Assembly (NCBI GenBank): GCA_963743305.1
Contig: CAVUPH010000032.1
Coordinates: 32,001 to 96,000 of the forward strand
Direction of reading: 5' to 3'
Origin: an uncultured delta proteobacterium
GTDB lineage: Bacteria > Desulfobacterota > RBG-13-43-22
DNA length: 64,000 nucleotides
The notes under the pieces were generated by a model, which was not told the origin of the DNA, did not search any database, and worked only from the letters and a program-made list of their open reading frames with translations. The position numbers and the translations under genes are program-made. Positions 10,521 to 21,865 of this stretch are shown piece after piece; position 1 is the first letter of the stretch, and each line of letters opens with the position of its first letter.

Positions 10521-11377
10521 GTGATATCCCCATACATGGAGTCTATCCTGATGTTTGCCGGGATAAATGTACTTCTGGCTATCAGTTGGTATGTTCCAGC
10601 TTGCGCTGGCTTAATATCCATGGGCCAAGGTGGGTTCATGGCTATTGGCGCTTATGTTTCTGCGTATCTGAGCCTGAATGGAATACCATTCTATCTTGCC
10701 TTATCCCTGGGAGCAATAACTTCCTGCGCGGTTAGCGCCCTGGTTGGTCTTCCAGCTCTAAGAATAAAGGGATTGTATTTGATTCTGTTGACCATCGGTT
10801 TTGGAGAAATAGTCCGTATCTTTTTTCTCAATTTTGAACCGACGGGGTCAGCAAAAGGGTTAGGGGGCATGTTACCGCAGACGACACTTCTGAACGTTTA
10901 TCTGACCTTGGCTATTGTTCTCTACTTTATCCACCTAATCAATAATTCCCATTTCGGCAGAGCGATGGAGGCCGTCTTGGAGGACGAAGACGCTGCGGAG
11001 ACCCTGGGGGTGAACATAACGACTACTAAACTCTTGGCTTTTTCAATAGGAGGCTTTATCGCTGGATTGGGCGGAGGATTTTATGCTCATTACGCCCTTT
11101 ACGTAGCATTCTGACAATTTTGGCATTTTGCGATCTGTCGAGATTCTTATCTATCCGCTTGTCGGGGGCATGGCTTCCTTATGGGGAGGGGTCTTAGGCG
11201 CATTGCTGCTGACATCACTGACCGAAGCACTGAGAGTCGCCCGTGATTTTCGAATGGAGATTTACGGCGGCTATCATTGTTTTGACCATGATTTTTAGAC
11301 CTCAGGGATTCCTCAACAAATATACGATAAGTTTAAAATCTGGGCGGAGAGTTCTTTCCTTAATCAAATTTAGATAA
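10521..11377 (+). CDS. ABC permease LivM-like (frameshifts near 11110 and 11271)
   Basis: GLISMGQGGF, LRIKGLY, TIGFGEI, GRAMEAV. Reconstructed tail DNFGILRS..VGGM..FRPQG ends at TAA 11377. Confidence 0.8.
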
Positions 11378-11389
11378 AGGAAGCACACG

Positions 11390-12158
11390 GTGCCAATTAT
11401 AGAAGTAAAGGGACTCCGGAAAAACTATGGTGGATTCCAGGCCCTTACAGGCCTCGATCTTTCCATTGATCCCGGATTGATTTGGGCTATTATCGGACCT
11501 AACGGGGCTGGAAAGAGTACACTGTTTAATATTATCTCCGGACTTTTAAAACCCAGTGAAGGGGAGATTTATTTCAAGGGTGTTAGACTAAACGGGTTGA
11601 AACCCAACCAAAGAACCGCTTTGGGGATTGCCTTAACCTTCCAAAATCTCCGTCTTTTCCCGAGAATGACGGCTCTGGAAAATCTTTTGGTGGGCCAGAC
11701 ACTGCCGTATCCGGGCAAATCTCATTAAAGTTCTTTTCCGTCTGCCATTTAGGCCGCTGAGCGAAGAGAAGAAGGCTCAGATCTTCGCTCAAGAAGTGTT
11801 GGAGTTCGTGGGCCTGCTGACCAGAAAAGATGAATTGGTTTCTAATTTGTCTTACGGCGAGCAGCAACTGGTCGCCTTCGCCAGAACCTTGGCGACCGGT
11901 CCTGAAATCCTTCTTCTCGACGAACCTTGCGCCGGATTGAATGCGCAGGAAATCTCTTATTTAAAGGGGCTGCTAAGGACCCTTGTCCAAAATGGAAAGA
12001 CGATCTGCTTCATTGAACATCATATAAACATGGTCATGGAGATTTCCGATATGATTACCGTGCTCGACTTCGGGGTCAAGATCGCGGAAGGCCCTCCCTC
12101 AGCTATTAGACAAGACTCAAAAGTTATAGAGGCCTACTTGGGAGCTGAAGAGGAATAA
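11390..12158 (+). CDS. ABC ATPase LivG-like (frameshift near 11700)
   Basis: GPNGAGKS and FQNLRLF in the first ORF. LSYGEQ, LLLDEP, IEH and VIEAYLG in the second ORF. Confidence 0.85.
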
Positions 12159-12160
12159 GA

Positions 12161-12868
12161 ATGCTTGAAATTGCCAATCTTGAAACAAGATACGGGAAAA
12201 TAGCGGCTCTGCAAGATATCAGTCTTCATGTGGAAGCACGAGAAGTTGTGTCCGTTCTGGGCGCAAACGGCGCGGGAAAGACCACATTGTTGAACACCAT
12301 CTCGGGCGTTCTGAGACCCGCGAAGGGATCGATAAAGTTCCTCGGAGAGGAGATCACTAGGAGGCCTGCTCACCAAATCGTTCAGTTGGGTGTTGTCCAT
12401 GTCGAGGAAGGCCAAGGTATTTTTACCCGGATGTCGGTTCAGGAGAATCTCGAAATGGGCGCCTTTCTGGTATCGAATAAGACGAAAATCAGGGAGAGTA
12501 TTAACAACATCTACAAAAGATTCCCCGCGTTAAAAGACCGAAGCAAAAGACCCGCTGCTACGCTGAGCGGGGGAGAACGTCAACAGCTCGCCATTGGCAG
12601 AGCATTAATGGCCAACCCTAAACTTCTGATGATGGATGAACCGTCCATGGGTTTAGCCCCCTTGGTGGTTTCACAGATTTATAAGATCGTGCAAGAGATA
12701 CGGACAGAGGGCATAACAGTCTTGCTGGTCGAACAGAACGTGAGGAGAACCCTGCAAGTCGCCGATCGGGCGTATGTAATGCATCTGGGGAAGATAGTTC
12801 ATCAAGGGACAAGTCAAAGCCTAATTAACGATACTCTAGTGCAGGAAACTTATTTAGGAGGGAGGTGA
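12161..12868 (+). CDS. ABC ATPase LivF-like
   Basis: GANGAGKT, LSGGERQQL, MDEPSMGLAP, VEQN, YLG. Confidence 0.93.
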   Translation: MLEIANLETRYGKIAALQDISLHVEAREVVSVLGANGAGKTTLLNTISGVLRPAKGSIKFLGEEITRRPAHQIVQLGVVHVEEGQGIFTRMSVQENLEMGAFLVSNKTKIRESINNIYKRFPALKDRSKRPAATLSGGERQQLAIGRALMANPKLLMMDEPSMGLAPLVVSQIYKIVQEIRTEGITVLLVEQNVRRTLQVADRAYVMHLGKIVHQGTSQSLINDTLVQETYLGGR

Positions 12869-12987
12869 TAGGCGAAGGGTTCCACAGATCCTTCGATTAG
12901 CCACAAACCACATTTCCATTCCGCTGATCTGGAAAGCCCGGATGTATCGTACCTAGTTAACCTGATATTAAAAAGGGAGGTTGCACA

Positions 12988-14178
12988 ATGAGATCTCGGC
13001 ATTTTACAGGAAAAAGTTGGCTGGGGTTCGCACTCTGTACCTTTGTTGTCCTAGTGTCTCTTCTTATAGTTCAAAACGCTGTGGCCGAAACATCCGGCAA
13101 GTCTTTCAAAATAGGGGTTCTGGCTCCCAGAACCGGCTTTGGAGCCAGTTGGTTCGCGGCCGGCTATCCAGGACTTCAAGTTGCTCAAGAGGAAATTAAT
13201 GCCTCCGGTGGAGTCAACGGCGCGCCCGTTGAGTTTATCGTGTATGACACTGCCACCAAGCCGCAAGAAGCGATTCAGATGATGCAGAAATTGACCTATA
13301 CCGACAAGGTGTTGGCCATTATTGGACCCTCGACTTCATCGGAATGCGAGGTGGTCTTTCCCATTGCAGTGAGAGCAAAAATTACTTCTGTGGGCCTGTT
13401 ATCCGCAGAACCTGGGGTTTCGGCTAAATACAGGCCTTGGGCTTTTCGGAATACCTTAACCTCCGACAAAATCTATGGTCCGTTGGTAAAAAAATGGGCC
13501 AGCCAGAACCAGGTGAAAACAGCAGCTATCATTTATGATAAAAAATCTGCCTTTACGAAAGCCGATGGGGAAAAGGTCTTTCCGGCCGCCTTAGAGAGTG
13601 CCGGCATCAAACTCTTGGGAAGCGTCACCTATCTTACGGGAGATACAGATTTCAGTGCCCAGATCACCAAAATTAAGATGTGGAATCCTGATGGACTCGT
13701 TTTGGCCTCCTTTGGCGCCGAAGGAGGCTTAATCGTAAGGGAGTGCAAGAAGCAAAATCTAAAAGTAGCTCTCGTTGGCGGTATCGACTGTAATGCTCTG
13801 GACTTTGTCCGATTAGCCGGCTCTGCGGCAGACGGCGTGTGGACTTCGCATTCTTACTGGTCAGACAATCCAGACCCGAAAGTCCAAAGAGTTATGAAGA
13901 GAGCCAAGGCGATTCTTGGGGATAAAGACCCTGATTTGACTACCGCCAGATATTACGACAATGCTATGATTATGTACTATCTCATAAAAAAGATGGGGGT
14001 GACTAACCGGCCGGAAGATTTGGAGTCGGATCGAGAAAAAATTCGGAAAGGCTGGGAAACGCTCAAAGATTTCCCAGGAGTTGAAGGCAAGATTACGATG
14101 AACAAGGATGGGGACGGTGAAAAAAGTGCCTATATCTTCGTCATCAAGGGCGGTAAATATGTAAACATCCAAAAGTAG
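12988..14178 (+). CDS. ABC substrate-binding protein (LivK/PBP1 type)
   Basis: Signal/TM segment, KIGVLAPRTG, INASGGVNG, TDFSAQITKIK, FPGVEGKI. Confidence 0.9.
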   Translation: MRSRHFTGKSWLGFALCTFVVLVSLLIVQNAVAETSGKSFKIGVLAPRTGFGASWFAAGYPGLQVAQEEINASGGVNGAPVEFIVYDTATKPQEAIQMMQKLTYTDKVLAIIGPSTSSECEVVFPIAVRAKITSVGLLSAEPGVSAKYRPWAFRNTLTSDKIYGPLVKKWASQNQVKTAAIIYDKKSAFTKADGEKVFPAALESAGIKLLGSVTYLTGDTDFSAQITKIKMWNPDGLVLASFGAEGGLIVRECKKQNLKVALVGGIDCNALDFVRLAGSAADGVWTSHSYWSDNPDPKVQRVMKRAKAILGDKDPDLTTARYYDNAMIMYYLIKKMGVTNRPEDLESDREKIRKGWETLKDFPGVEGKITMNKDGDGEKSAYIFVIKGGKYVNIQK

Positions 14179-14541
14179 ATAAAAAACTCCGAATAGTGAG
14201 GCTTATAACCCGGGTTCCGGGAAGAAATTTGGAAGCATAACAACGCCAAGAGGTTGTCAATCCAGTTTCTGCGACTATAATAGCGACTAAGCCCTTATTT
14301 TTACTGGGACCTGACAATGCAAGACATTTCGCTAACGCCATCGAGCCACACATCGGTCGGGAGGGGTTTTTCCGGACTTAGGTTTATACTTGGGAAGCTG
14401 TTCACTGTTTTGGCTGTGCCGTCTTTGAGTATTCATTGAACGCTCAGGGGCTGGAGGTGCTGTAGCTCAGATGCCTGGTGGCCACTCCACTTTTATGTGG
14501 CCGCAATATCACTCATAAGGTTTGGCTAAAATTCTTCCGAT

Positions 14542-16253
14542 ATGAAAAAAGAAGTCGTACAACCAAAAGAGGTGGAAGATCCCTGAAAGACCGTACTCCC
14601 AGACAGCTTCGCCTGTAACTCATTACGCTGATTTGGTCTTATGCAACGGCAAAGTGGTGACGGTGGATAAAGACTTCACTGTTGCTCAGGCGGTGGCAAT
14701 TCGGGATGGAAAATTCCTTTCGGTGGGCAAGAATAAGAATATTTTAGGCCTCGCCGGACCAAGAACGGTAAAAATAGACCTCAAGGGGAAAACCGTCATT
14801 CCAGGGCTAATAGACTCTCATAACCATATGGACGAAGCTGAAGAGGGATTGCATCTGGTACCTGTGGGAAAGGCAAAAACGGTTGCCGAGGCGCTTGCTC
14901 TCATAAAAGAAGCAGTAGCCAACTCGAAGCCTGGGGAATGGATAAAAGGTGCACCCTGGCATCCGCTTGCCCAGCTCCAGGAGAAGAGATATCTCACCCG
15001 ATGGGAGATTGACTCGGTTGCCCCCGATAACCCGGTATTCTTGCCTACCGTCGGTCATACAGTGATGTGCAACAGCTACGCCTTAAAGCTGGCAGGCATA
15101 ACAAAAGAGACGCCCGACCCCAAAGGAGGAGAAATACTTAGAGATACGGCCAGGGGAGAACCGAATGGCGTGCTTGCCGAAGCGGCTATACCCATTGTCG
15201 CAAAGCTCGTGCCCCTTCGGCCTTTTGATGAAAGAGTGCGGATATTTAAAGATGGGATGAGAACCCTGAATAGCGCGGGTTTGACGGGCGTTGTGATGGG
15301 TGCGACCGATCCCGACTCGTTCAAGGTTTATCAACACATCTGGGCCAAGGGCGATGCAACCATAAGAACGAGTATAATGTACGCCCCCACGGGTGAATTG
15401 ATACCTTCGGAATCGGAGGAGGAGTGGGGAAAAATCATAAAAGCGATGGGTTTCTATTCAGGTTTCGGTGACCATTGGCTCAATTTTGCGGGGATTAAGC
15501 TCATTGAAGACGGCGGTATGACGCTCCGAACCGCCTATATGAGACGACCATACCCGCACGATGCCAACTACTACGGCTCGGGACTGATCCCGCCTGAAAG
15601 GCTCAACAAATTGGTAGCTATCTGCAATCGAAATAACTGGCGCGTTGGCATACACTGTGTGGGAGATGCCGCGATAGATAAAGTATTGGATGCGTATGAG
15701 TATGCAAACAAAGAAAAGTCATTGCTGGACAGACGTTTCAGTCTGATACACGCAAGCCTTATTCAGCCTGACCAGTTGGAGAGGGCCAAAAAGCTGGGCG
15801 TTAGGGTTGAGGTGCAAAACAGCTTCATGTGGGATAAGGCCGCTACCGTTGAAAGGTTCCTCGGGAAGGAGGTCGCAAATCGGGCGTGCCCGACCAGGTG
15901 GATGATAGATCACTATGGGCATAGAGAATATCGGCGGGGGTACAGATAGCCCCGTCAATCCGTACAATCCTTTCGTCACCATGTATGTCATGGTTACGAG
16001 AAAAGACATAAACGGAGTGGTCTATGGGGCAAATCAAAAAATAACGCGGGAAGAAGCGCTTCGCCTCTACACGAACGGGTCGGCCGCATATTCCTTTAAA
16101 GAGCAGGTAGTAGGCTCGATCGAGCCAGGCAAGCTGGCCGACCTGGTTCTCATCTCCGAGGACATACTCACCTGTCCGGAAGAATCTATTAAGGACATAC
16201 AAGCACAGATGACGATAGTCGGAGGAAAAATCGTTTATGAGAATAGAGAATAG
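14542..16253 (+). CDS. Amidohydrolase family 3 (YtcJ/NfdA-like), frameshift near 15910, start uncertain
   Basis: ADLVLCNGKV, PGLIDSHNH, IKLIEDG, HCVGDAA, IHAS. Second ORF supplies GTDSP and GSIEPGKLADLV. Confidence 0.8.
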
Positions 16254-16443
16254 GTATTTTGCTGTCGTAATTTGTTTCGCGGGGTTTATGAGGCAGCGTT
16301 ACGACTGGAGGAGCCACCTGGAGAAACTATCTGTCAACCATGATTACGTAAGATAGCTAACACGGTGATCCGGCGATCAGCCAAGCTGCGGCTCGGGCTG
16401 ATCAACATTAGGCAGGAGAAAATCAAAAGGAGGGATAAGAAAC

Positions 16444-16539
16444 ATGGAACCGTCAAGGAATTTCTGCCGGTGCACCGGATACAACAAGATTGTCACCGCA
16501 ATCAAAATAGCCGGGCAAAACGCAGCAGGAGGTAAATAG
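16444..16539 (+). pseudogene. Duplicated 3' end of the hcrC-like gene as a 31-codon mini-ORF
   Basis: MEPSRNFCRCTGYNKIVTAIKIAGQNAAGGK*. About 16457-16530 is near-identical to about 9295-9368. The stop lies 2 nt before the hcrA-like ATG. Confidence 0.85.
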
Positions 16540-16541
16540 GC

Positions 16542-18913
16542 ATGGATGATCTCTTGTACGTAGGCAAATCGATCCCAAGAAAGGATGGCCCGCTAAAGGC
16601 TACAGGCAGGGCACAGTATACGGTTGACCTATCACTCCCGGGTATGCTTATCGGAAAGGTGCTGAGAAGCCCTTATCCCCATGCGCGGATTCTGAGCATC
16701 GACACCAGTCAAGCGGAGAAATTGCCGGGCGTCAAGGCGGTGGTTACGGCGGCGGATTCGCTGCAGATCAAACACGGTTTTGTAGAAACCCCCCGCTATC
16801 CGGCGGACCAGTTTCCGATCGCCGTAGATAGGGTCCGTCATGTCGGGGAGGACATAGCCGGGGTGGCCGCGATAGACGAGGATACGGCGGAGGAGGCTCT
16901 TTCACTAATCAAGGTGGAATACGAGCTTCTCCCCGCCAGTCTTTGATCCGGAAGAGGCCATGAAACCGGATGCCCCGGAAATCCACCCCAGCCACCCCAA
17001 GGTGAACGAACCCTATCGGAACATCGGGGGCAAGACGGAGACCGGATGGGGAGACCTGGAAAAGGCCTTTGCTGAATCCTATCTCATCCGCGAGGACAAG
17101 TACTACTGCCAAATGCGGGCCCACGGATACATGGAACCGCAGGCTACGGTGGCCCATTTCGACTATTCAGGCAAATTAAACGTCTGGACGTCCAGCATGG
17201 GGGTCTTCATCAAACGGGCCAAACTGGCAAAAACACTGGGGCTCCCGTATGGCCAGGTGAGAGTCTTGAAGACTTATGTGGGAGGAGCCTTTGGCGGCAA
17301 GATCGACCTCTTCCACCACGAATACATTAGCGCTCTGCTTTCCATGAAATGTCACCTGCCGGTGAAAATCGTTTATAGCCGGGAGGAAGTTTTCAAGGCC
17401 GCCCGTCACGCCCAACCGCTGATCGTTCAACTCAAGACGGGAGTAGCCCGGGATGGCACGATCTTGGGGCAGGAAATCCGCACCATCAATGACTCCGGCG
17501 CCTATCATGGCAGCGGCGTAGTCGTTATCTTTCTGGCCTGGGGCTTTGCCATGGCCCCCTACCGGGTGCCGGCCATGCAATATCAGGGTTATTCCGTCTA
17601 TACCAACAATCTGGTGCGCGCCCCGCAAAGGGGACATGGAGCCCCGAAGATGCGGTTCGCGGTCGAGTCCCAGTTTGATATGATCGCCGAGGAGCTCGGT
17701 CTCGACCCCATCGAGTTCCGTCTAACGAATGCCCGAAAACCGGGGGAAATGCTGCCCAACGGAGACTCGGTAAAAAACTTCGGGCTAACCGAGTGTATCA
17801 CGCAGGTGGCCGACCGGACGGATTTCAAGAACAAATACGAAGCGGCCAGGCGGGGGCGTGAAACAGATTCGAAAATCAAGCGCGGCATCGGTATCGGCTC
17901 GACGGCCTATTTCGGCGGCTCGCTCATCTATCCGAACAGCTCGTCGGTCATCGTCAAGTTGAACGATGATGCCAGCGTCTCCCTGATGACCGGCGCCCTG
18001 GACATCGGGCAGGGTTGTGAGACCGTTCTTTCCCAAATCGTCGCCGAGGAACTGGGCGTACCCGTGGAAGAAGTGCAGGTCTATGCCGCGGATACCGAGA
18101 CCACCCCGGTGGATATCGGGTCCTGGATCAGCGGGCTGACCTACGTGACCGGAAACGCGGCCAAAAAGGCGGCGGCCCAGGCCATGAAGAAGCTCCTGGT
18201 TGTGGCCGCCGAGGAACTTCAGGCGGACCGTGAAAGATCTGACGACCCACAATAAGGAGATATTCGTCAACCACTCGCCCGGACCGAAGGATCTCCTATG
18301 CCCAGGCCATTGCCGCCAGTATCGCCAAAAACAGAGGCGATTCCGTCATCGGCGAAGGCCACTTCCGGACGATGAAAGACGAGCCGACCCATCCGAGTCT
18401 GGCCACGGCCAAAGGCCGCTGGACGGAAAACTACTCCAGTTATGCCACGGTGGCCGAAGTGGAGGTCGACACCGAAACGGGCGTGGTGAAGCTATTGAAG
18501 GCCACCACGGCCCATGACTGCGGCTTTCCGCTTCAACCCCATGCTGGTGGAGGGACAGATTGACGGACAGGTCTCCATGGGACAGGGGCACATGCTGACT
18601 GAAGAACTTCGCGATGGAGCAGGGGTGCGTCATCAATCCCTCTTTTCTGGAATACAAGATGCCCTGTGCGCTCGATATGGTGGAGACGGACTATATTGAT
18701 GTGATCACCGAAAAGTACCAGAAGGATCACCACTACAATACCAAGGAGGTCGGGGAGGGTTATGTGTCCGGAACAGTGGCCGCCGTGGCCAATGCCGTCT
18801 ATAACGCCACGGGTGTGCGGTTGAAACGGACGCCATTCTCCCCGGATAGGGTTTTGGATGGTCTGGAACAAACAGGCAAAGAGAAAGGAAGGATCATGGG
18901 TAAGCATGCTTGA
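16542..18913 (+). CDS. Molybdopterin-binding large subunit, HcrA/CoxL-like (several single-base frameshifts)
   Basis: YVGKSIPRKD..KATGRAQY, LRSPYPHA, HGYMEPQ, GGAFGGK, RGHGAP, DIGQG, EVEVDTETG, EGQIDG and KEVGEG across consecutive ORF fragments. Confidence 0.85.
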
Positions 18914-19383
18914 AAATGTTCTCAAGGTCGTAACCAAGATCCTGGATACTATCGGCGGTGCGGCCCTGACTTTTATGATGCTGCTGACGGTCACCGATGT
19001 GATCATGCGCGCCGCCGGCCACCCCCTGGTGGGCACCTTTGAGGTGGTGGCCCTGTCGTTGGCCCTGGTGATCGGCTTTACCATCCCCAAGGTTTCCTTC
19101 GACCGGGGTCATATCCGGGTGGACCTGGTCATCGAGATGGTGTCCAAACGGACCAGAGACGTACTGAACACCTTCACCCGCCTGGTCTGTCTGGCCCTCT
19201 TTATCATCATCAGCGTTAACCTTTTCAGCGTCGCCGCGAGAACTCCGCGCCTCTGGCGAAGTTTCACCCACCATCCAGCTTCCCGCCTATCCTTTTGCCT
19301 ACGGGGTAGCGGTCTGTTGCTGCATTGAATGCTTTGTTTTTGTCTTGGACATCGTCAAGATATGGACGGGCGAATATGAATGA
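18906..19383 (+). CDS. TRAP transporter small permease DctQ-like (frameshift near 19236)
   Basis: Four hydrophobic segments with GHIRVDLV. Reconstructed end at TGA 19381-19383 overlaps the dctM start. Confidence 0.8.
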
Positions 19384-20674
19384 GATTACCGGAATTACCT
19401 TGCTGCTTTTGTTGTTGGTCTTGTTTGCCACCGGCATCGAATTGGGTTTCGCTATGGCCGTCATCGGCTTTGTGGGCTTTGCCTACTTGAAAGGTTTTCA
19501 GGTGGCCACCAACCTGATCGGCCGGGACTTGTTTGATGTCATCACCAACTACGGCTACACGGTTTTTCCCCTCTTCATTTTCATGGGGCAAATCGGCTAT
19601 CATTCCGGCATAGCCAAAAACCTTTACGATGCGGCGCATAAGTTCATCGGTCATATCCCCGGCGGTCTGGCCATAGCCACCATTCTGGGCGGCAGTGCCT
19701 TTAAGTCCATTTGCGGATCGGCTACGGCCACTACGGCCACCTTCGCCAGTGTGGCCATGCCGGAAATGGATCGGTACGGATATGACCAAAGGCTTTCGAC
19801 AGGAACCATTGCCACGGTGGGAACGCTGGGCTGCCTGATCCCCCCCAGCGTCGTTTTGATACTTTACGGCATCATAACCGAACAGTCCATCGGCAAACTT
19901 TTTCTGGCCGGGATTATCCCCGCGCTGATCATCGCCCTCTTTTTCATCGGAATCATTTATGGTTGGGCGCGAATCAATCCTCAGGTGGCACCGGTTTCGG
20001 AACGCTCGACCTGGAAAGTCCGGGGGCGAGCGTTACCCCCGGTGCTCTGGGTGTTGTTGATCTTCCTGGTCATGATCGGGGGAATCATGCTGGGTTATTT
20101 CACTCCCACGGAGGCAGGTTCCGTAGGGGCCTTTGCGGTCCTTTTGCTGGCCTTTCTCCGGGGGAACATGAGTTTCAAGAAGTATGCGGCCTCGCTCTCG
20201 GAATCGATTCGGACGGCCGGTATGTTTCTCATGCTGATCGCCGGCTCTCTGATACTCGGCCATTTTATCGCGGTAACCAATATGCCCCAGAATATTGCCG
20301 ATTACCTGGCTGCGCTAAACGTAAACCGTTACGTGATTTTGCTGCTGATCTGCCTCGTCTATGAGCTCGGTGGTACTTTTATCGAAGACCTGGCCTTCAT
20401 GATTTTGGCTACACCGATATTTTTCCCGACCGTTCTCAAGCTGGGTTTTGACCCCATCTGGTTCGGGATCCTCATCAGTGTAGTCGTCATGGTGGGTATG
20501 ATTATCCCCCCGGTGGCCATCGCTGTCTTTGTGGTTAAAAACATTACCAAAGTACCCACGATAACGATTTACAAAGGTTCGGCCCCGTTTTTGATCGGTC
20601 TGATCTTTTTCTTGGGCCTCTTGTTCTTCTTCCCGCAGCTCGCTCTCTGGCTGCCCTCGATGTTTATCCATTAA
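19376..20674 (+). CDS. TRAP transporter large permease DctM
   Basis: PLFIFMG, PGGLA, GTLGCLIPPS, SIGKLFLAGIIP, FTPTEAG, DPIWFG. Confidence 0.93.
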   Translation: MNEITGITLLLLLLVLFATGIELGFAMAVIGFVGFAYLKGFQVATNLIGRDLFDVITNYGYTVFPLFIFMGQIGYHSGIAKNLYDAAHKFIGHIPGGLAIATILGGSAFKSICGSATATTATFASVAMPEMDRYGYDQRLSTGTIATVGTLGCLIPPSVVLILYGIITEQSIGKLFLAGIIPALIIALFFIGIIYGWARINPQVAPVSERSTWKVRGRALPPVLWVLLIFLVMIGGIMLGYFTPTEAGSVGAFAVLLLAFLRGNMSFKKYAASLSESIRTAGMFLMLIAGSLILGHFIAVTNMPQNIADYLAALNVNRYVILLLICLVYELGGTFIEDLAFMILATPIFFPTVLKLGFDPIWFGILISVVVMVGMIIPPVAIAVFVVKNITKVPTITIYKGSAPFLIGLIFFLGLLFFFPQLALWLPSMFIH

Positions 20675-20707
20675 ACCGGTCCTTGACGGACCTTATTAAA
20701 AGGAGGA

Positions 20708-21769
20708 ATGGTCATGATCAGAAAGCTTTTAGTGGTTGCGGGTGCCGTATCGTTATTGTTTGCAACGCTGGCGCAGGCCGAGGTGATCGAACTATCCTTA
20801 GCGAATTATATGCCGGTCATGCATATCAATTCCGCACTGATGGGTAAATTTTGCGACGAGGTGAATAAAAAGCTGGCCGGAAAGGTGAAGGTAACCCAAC
20901 ACACGGGCGGCACGCTGCTCACCGCGCCGAAAATGGCTGCCGGTGTCGCCTCGGGTATCGCCGATATCGGTCTGGCCCATTGTTCCTATTCCCGGGGCCG
21001 CTTCCCTGTCATGGAACTCACCGAATTGCCCTTGGGGGCGCCGAGCAGCTTTGTGCTCACTCATGTCATCAATGACTTTTATAACAAATTCAAACCGAAA
21101 GAATGGGAGGCTTATCACCCGCTCATGTTCAGCGCGAGTCCCCCATCCGTCATCCAAACAGTAAACAAGCCGATCAAGACGCTCGAAGACCTTAAGGGGG
21201 TGAAGATCAGGGGCACCGGCCGGAGCGGCGACGTCGTCAAGGCCCTGGGAGCCACCGTAGTGCCGGTAGAGATGATGGACATGTACGAATCGCTCCGGAG
21301 AGGTGTAATGGAAGGCAACATGGGTCCCTTTGAACAGCTCAAGAGTTTTAAGACCGGTGACGTGCTAAGGTATCATACCACCTCCTATATGGCCGGAAGC
21401 GGTTACACCTTCTACGTGATCTTCAACAAGGCGAAATGGGATAGCCTTCCCGAGGAAGCCAAAAAAGTATTTACCGAATTATCCAGTCATTATATCGACC
21501 TGTGGGCAGTGGAGTGGAACAAGACCGATATTGCCGGTAAGGAGTTTTTTTTGCAAAAAGGTGGCCAGATCATCCCAATCTCTGACCACGAAATGGCCAG
21601 ATGGTCCAAAGCGGTAGAGGTGGTTATCTCTGATTACAAGAAAGACATGATCGCCAAAGGGTTTAAGGCCAGTGAAGTTGATAGTTGGATAAGCTTCATC
21701 AAGGAACGAATTGACTACTGGAAAAAACAGGAAAAAGATAAAAAAATCCCCACGGCGTATGTCTATTAA
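20708..21769 (+). CDS. TRAP transporter substrate-binding protein DctP
   Basis: Signal peptide, GGTL, GRFP..ELP, DLKGVKIRG, ALGA, YESLRRGV. Confidence 0.92.
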   Translation: MVMIRKLLVVAGAVSLLFATLAQAEVIELSLANYMPVMHINSALMGKFCDEVNKKLAGKVKVTQHTGGTLLTAPKMAAGVASGIADIGLAHCSYSRGRFPVMELTELPLGAPSSFVLTHVINDFYNKFKPKEWEAYHPLMFSASPPSVIQTVNKPIKTLEDLKGVKIRGTGRSGDVVKALGATVVPVEMMDMYESLRRGVMEGNMGPFEQLKSFKTGDVLRYHTTSYMAGSGYTFYVIFNKAKWDSLPEEAKKVFTELSSHYIDLWAVEWNKTDIAGKEFFLQKGGQIIPISDHEMARWSKAVEVVISDYKKDMIAKGFKASEVDSWISFIKERIDYWKKQEKDKKIPTAYVY

Positions 21770-21793
21770 TTCACGAGAAGACCTATACAGATT

Positions 21794-21826
21794 CAGACTG
21801 GCAGGTGGATACCGCCTGCCAGTCTG
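21794..21826 (+). terminator. Stem-loop after dctP (terminator or mRNA-stabilising hairpin)
   Basis: CAGACTGGCAGG...CCTGCCAGTCTG, a perfect 12 bp inverted repeat with no clear U-tract. Confidence 0.55.
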
Positions 21827-21865
21827 GCAAAATTCAAGTAATAATCCAGAACGAAGGAGGTCCAC

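Noticed and set aside
11112-11114. TGA ending the livM ORF as a possible selenocysteine
   Set aside because: Homology continues in a different frame, so this is an indel rather than read-through.
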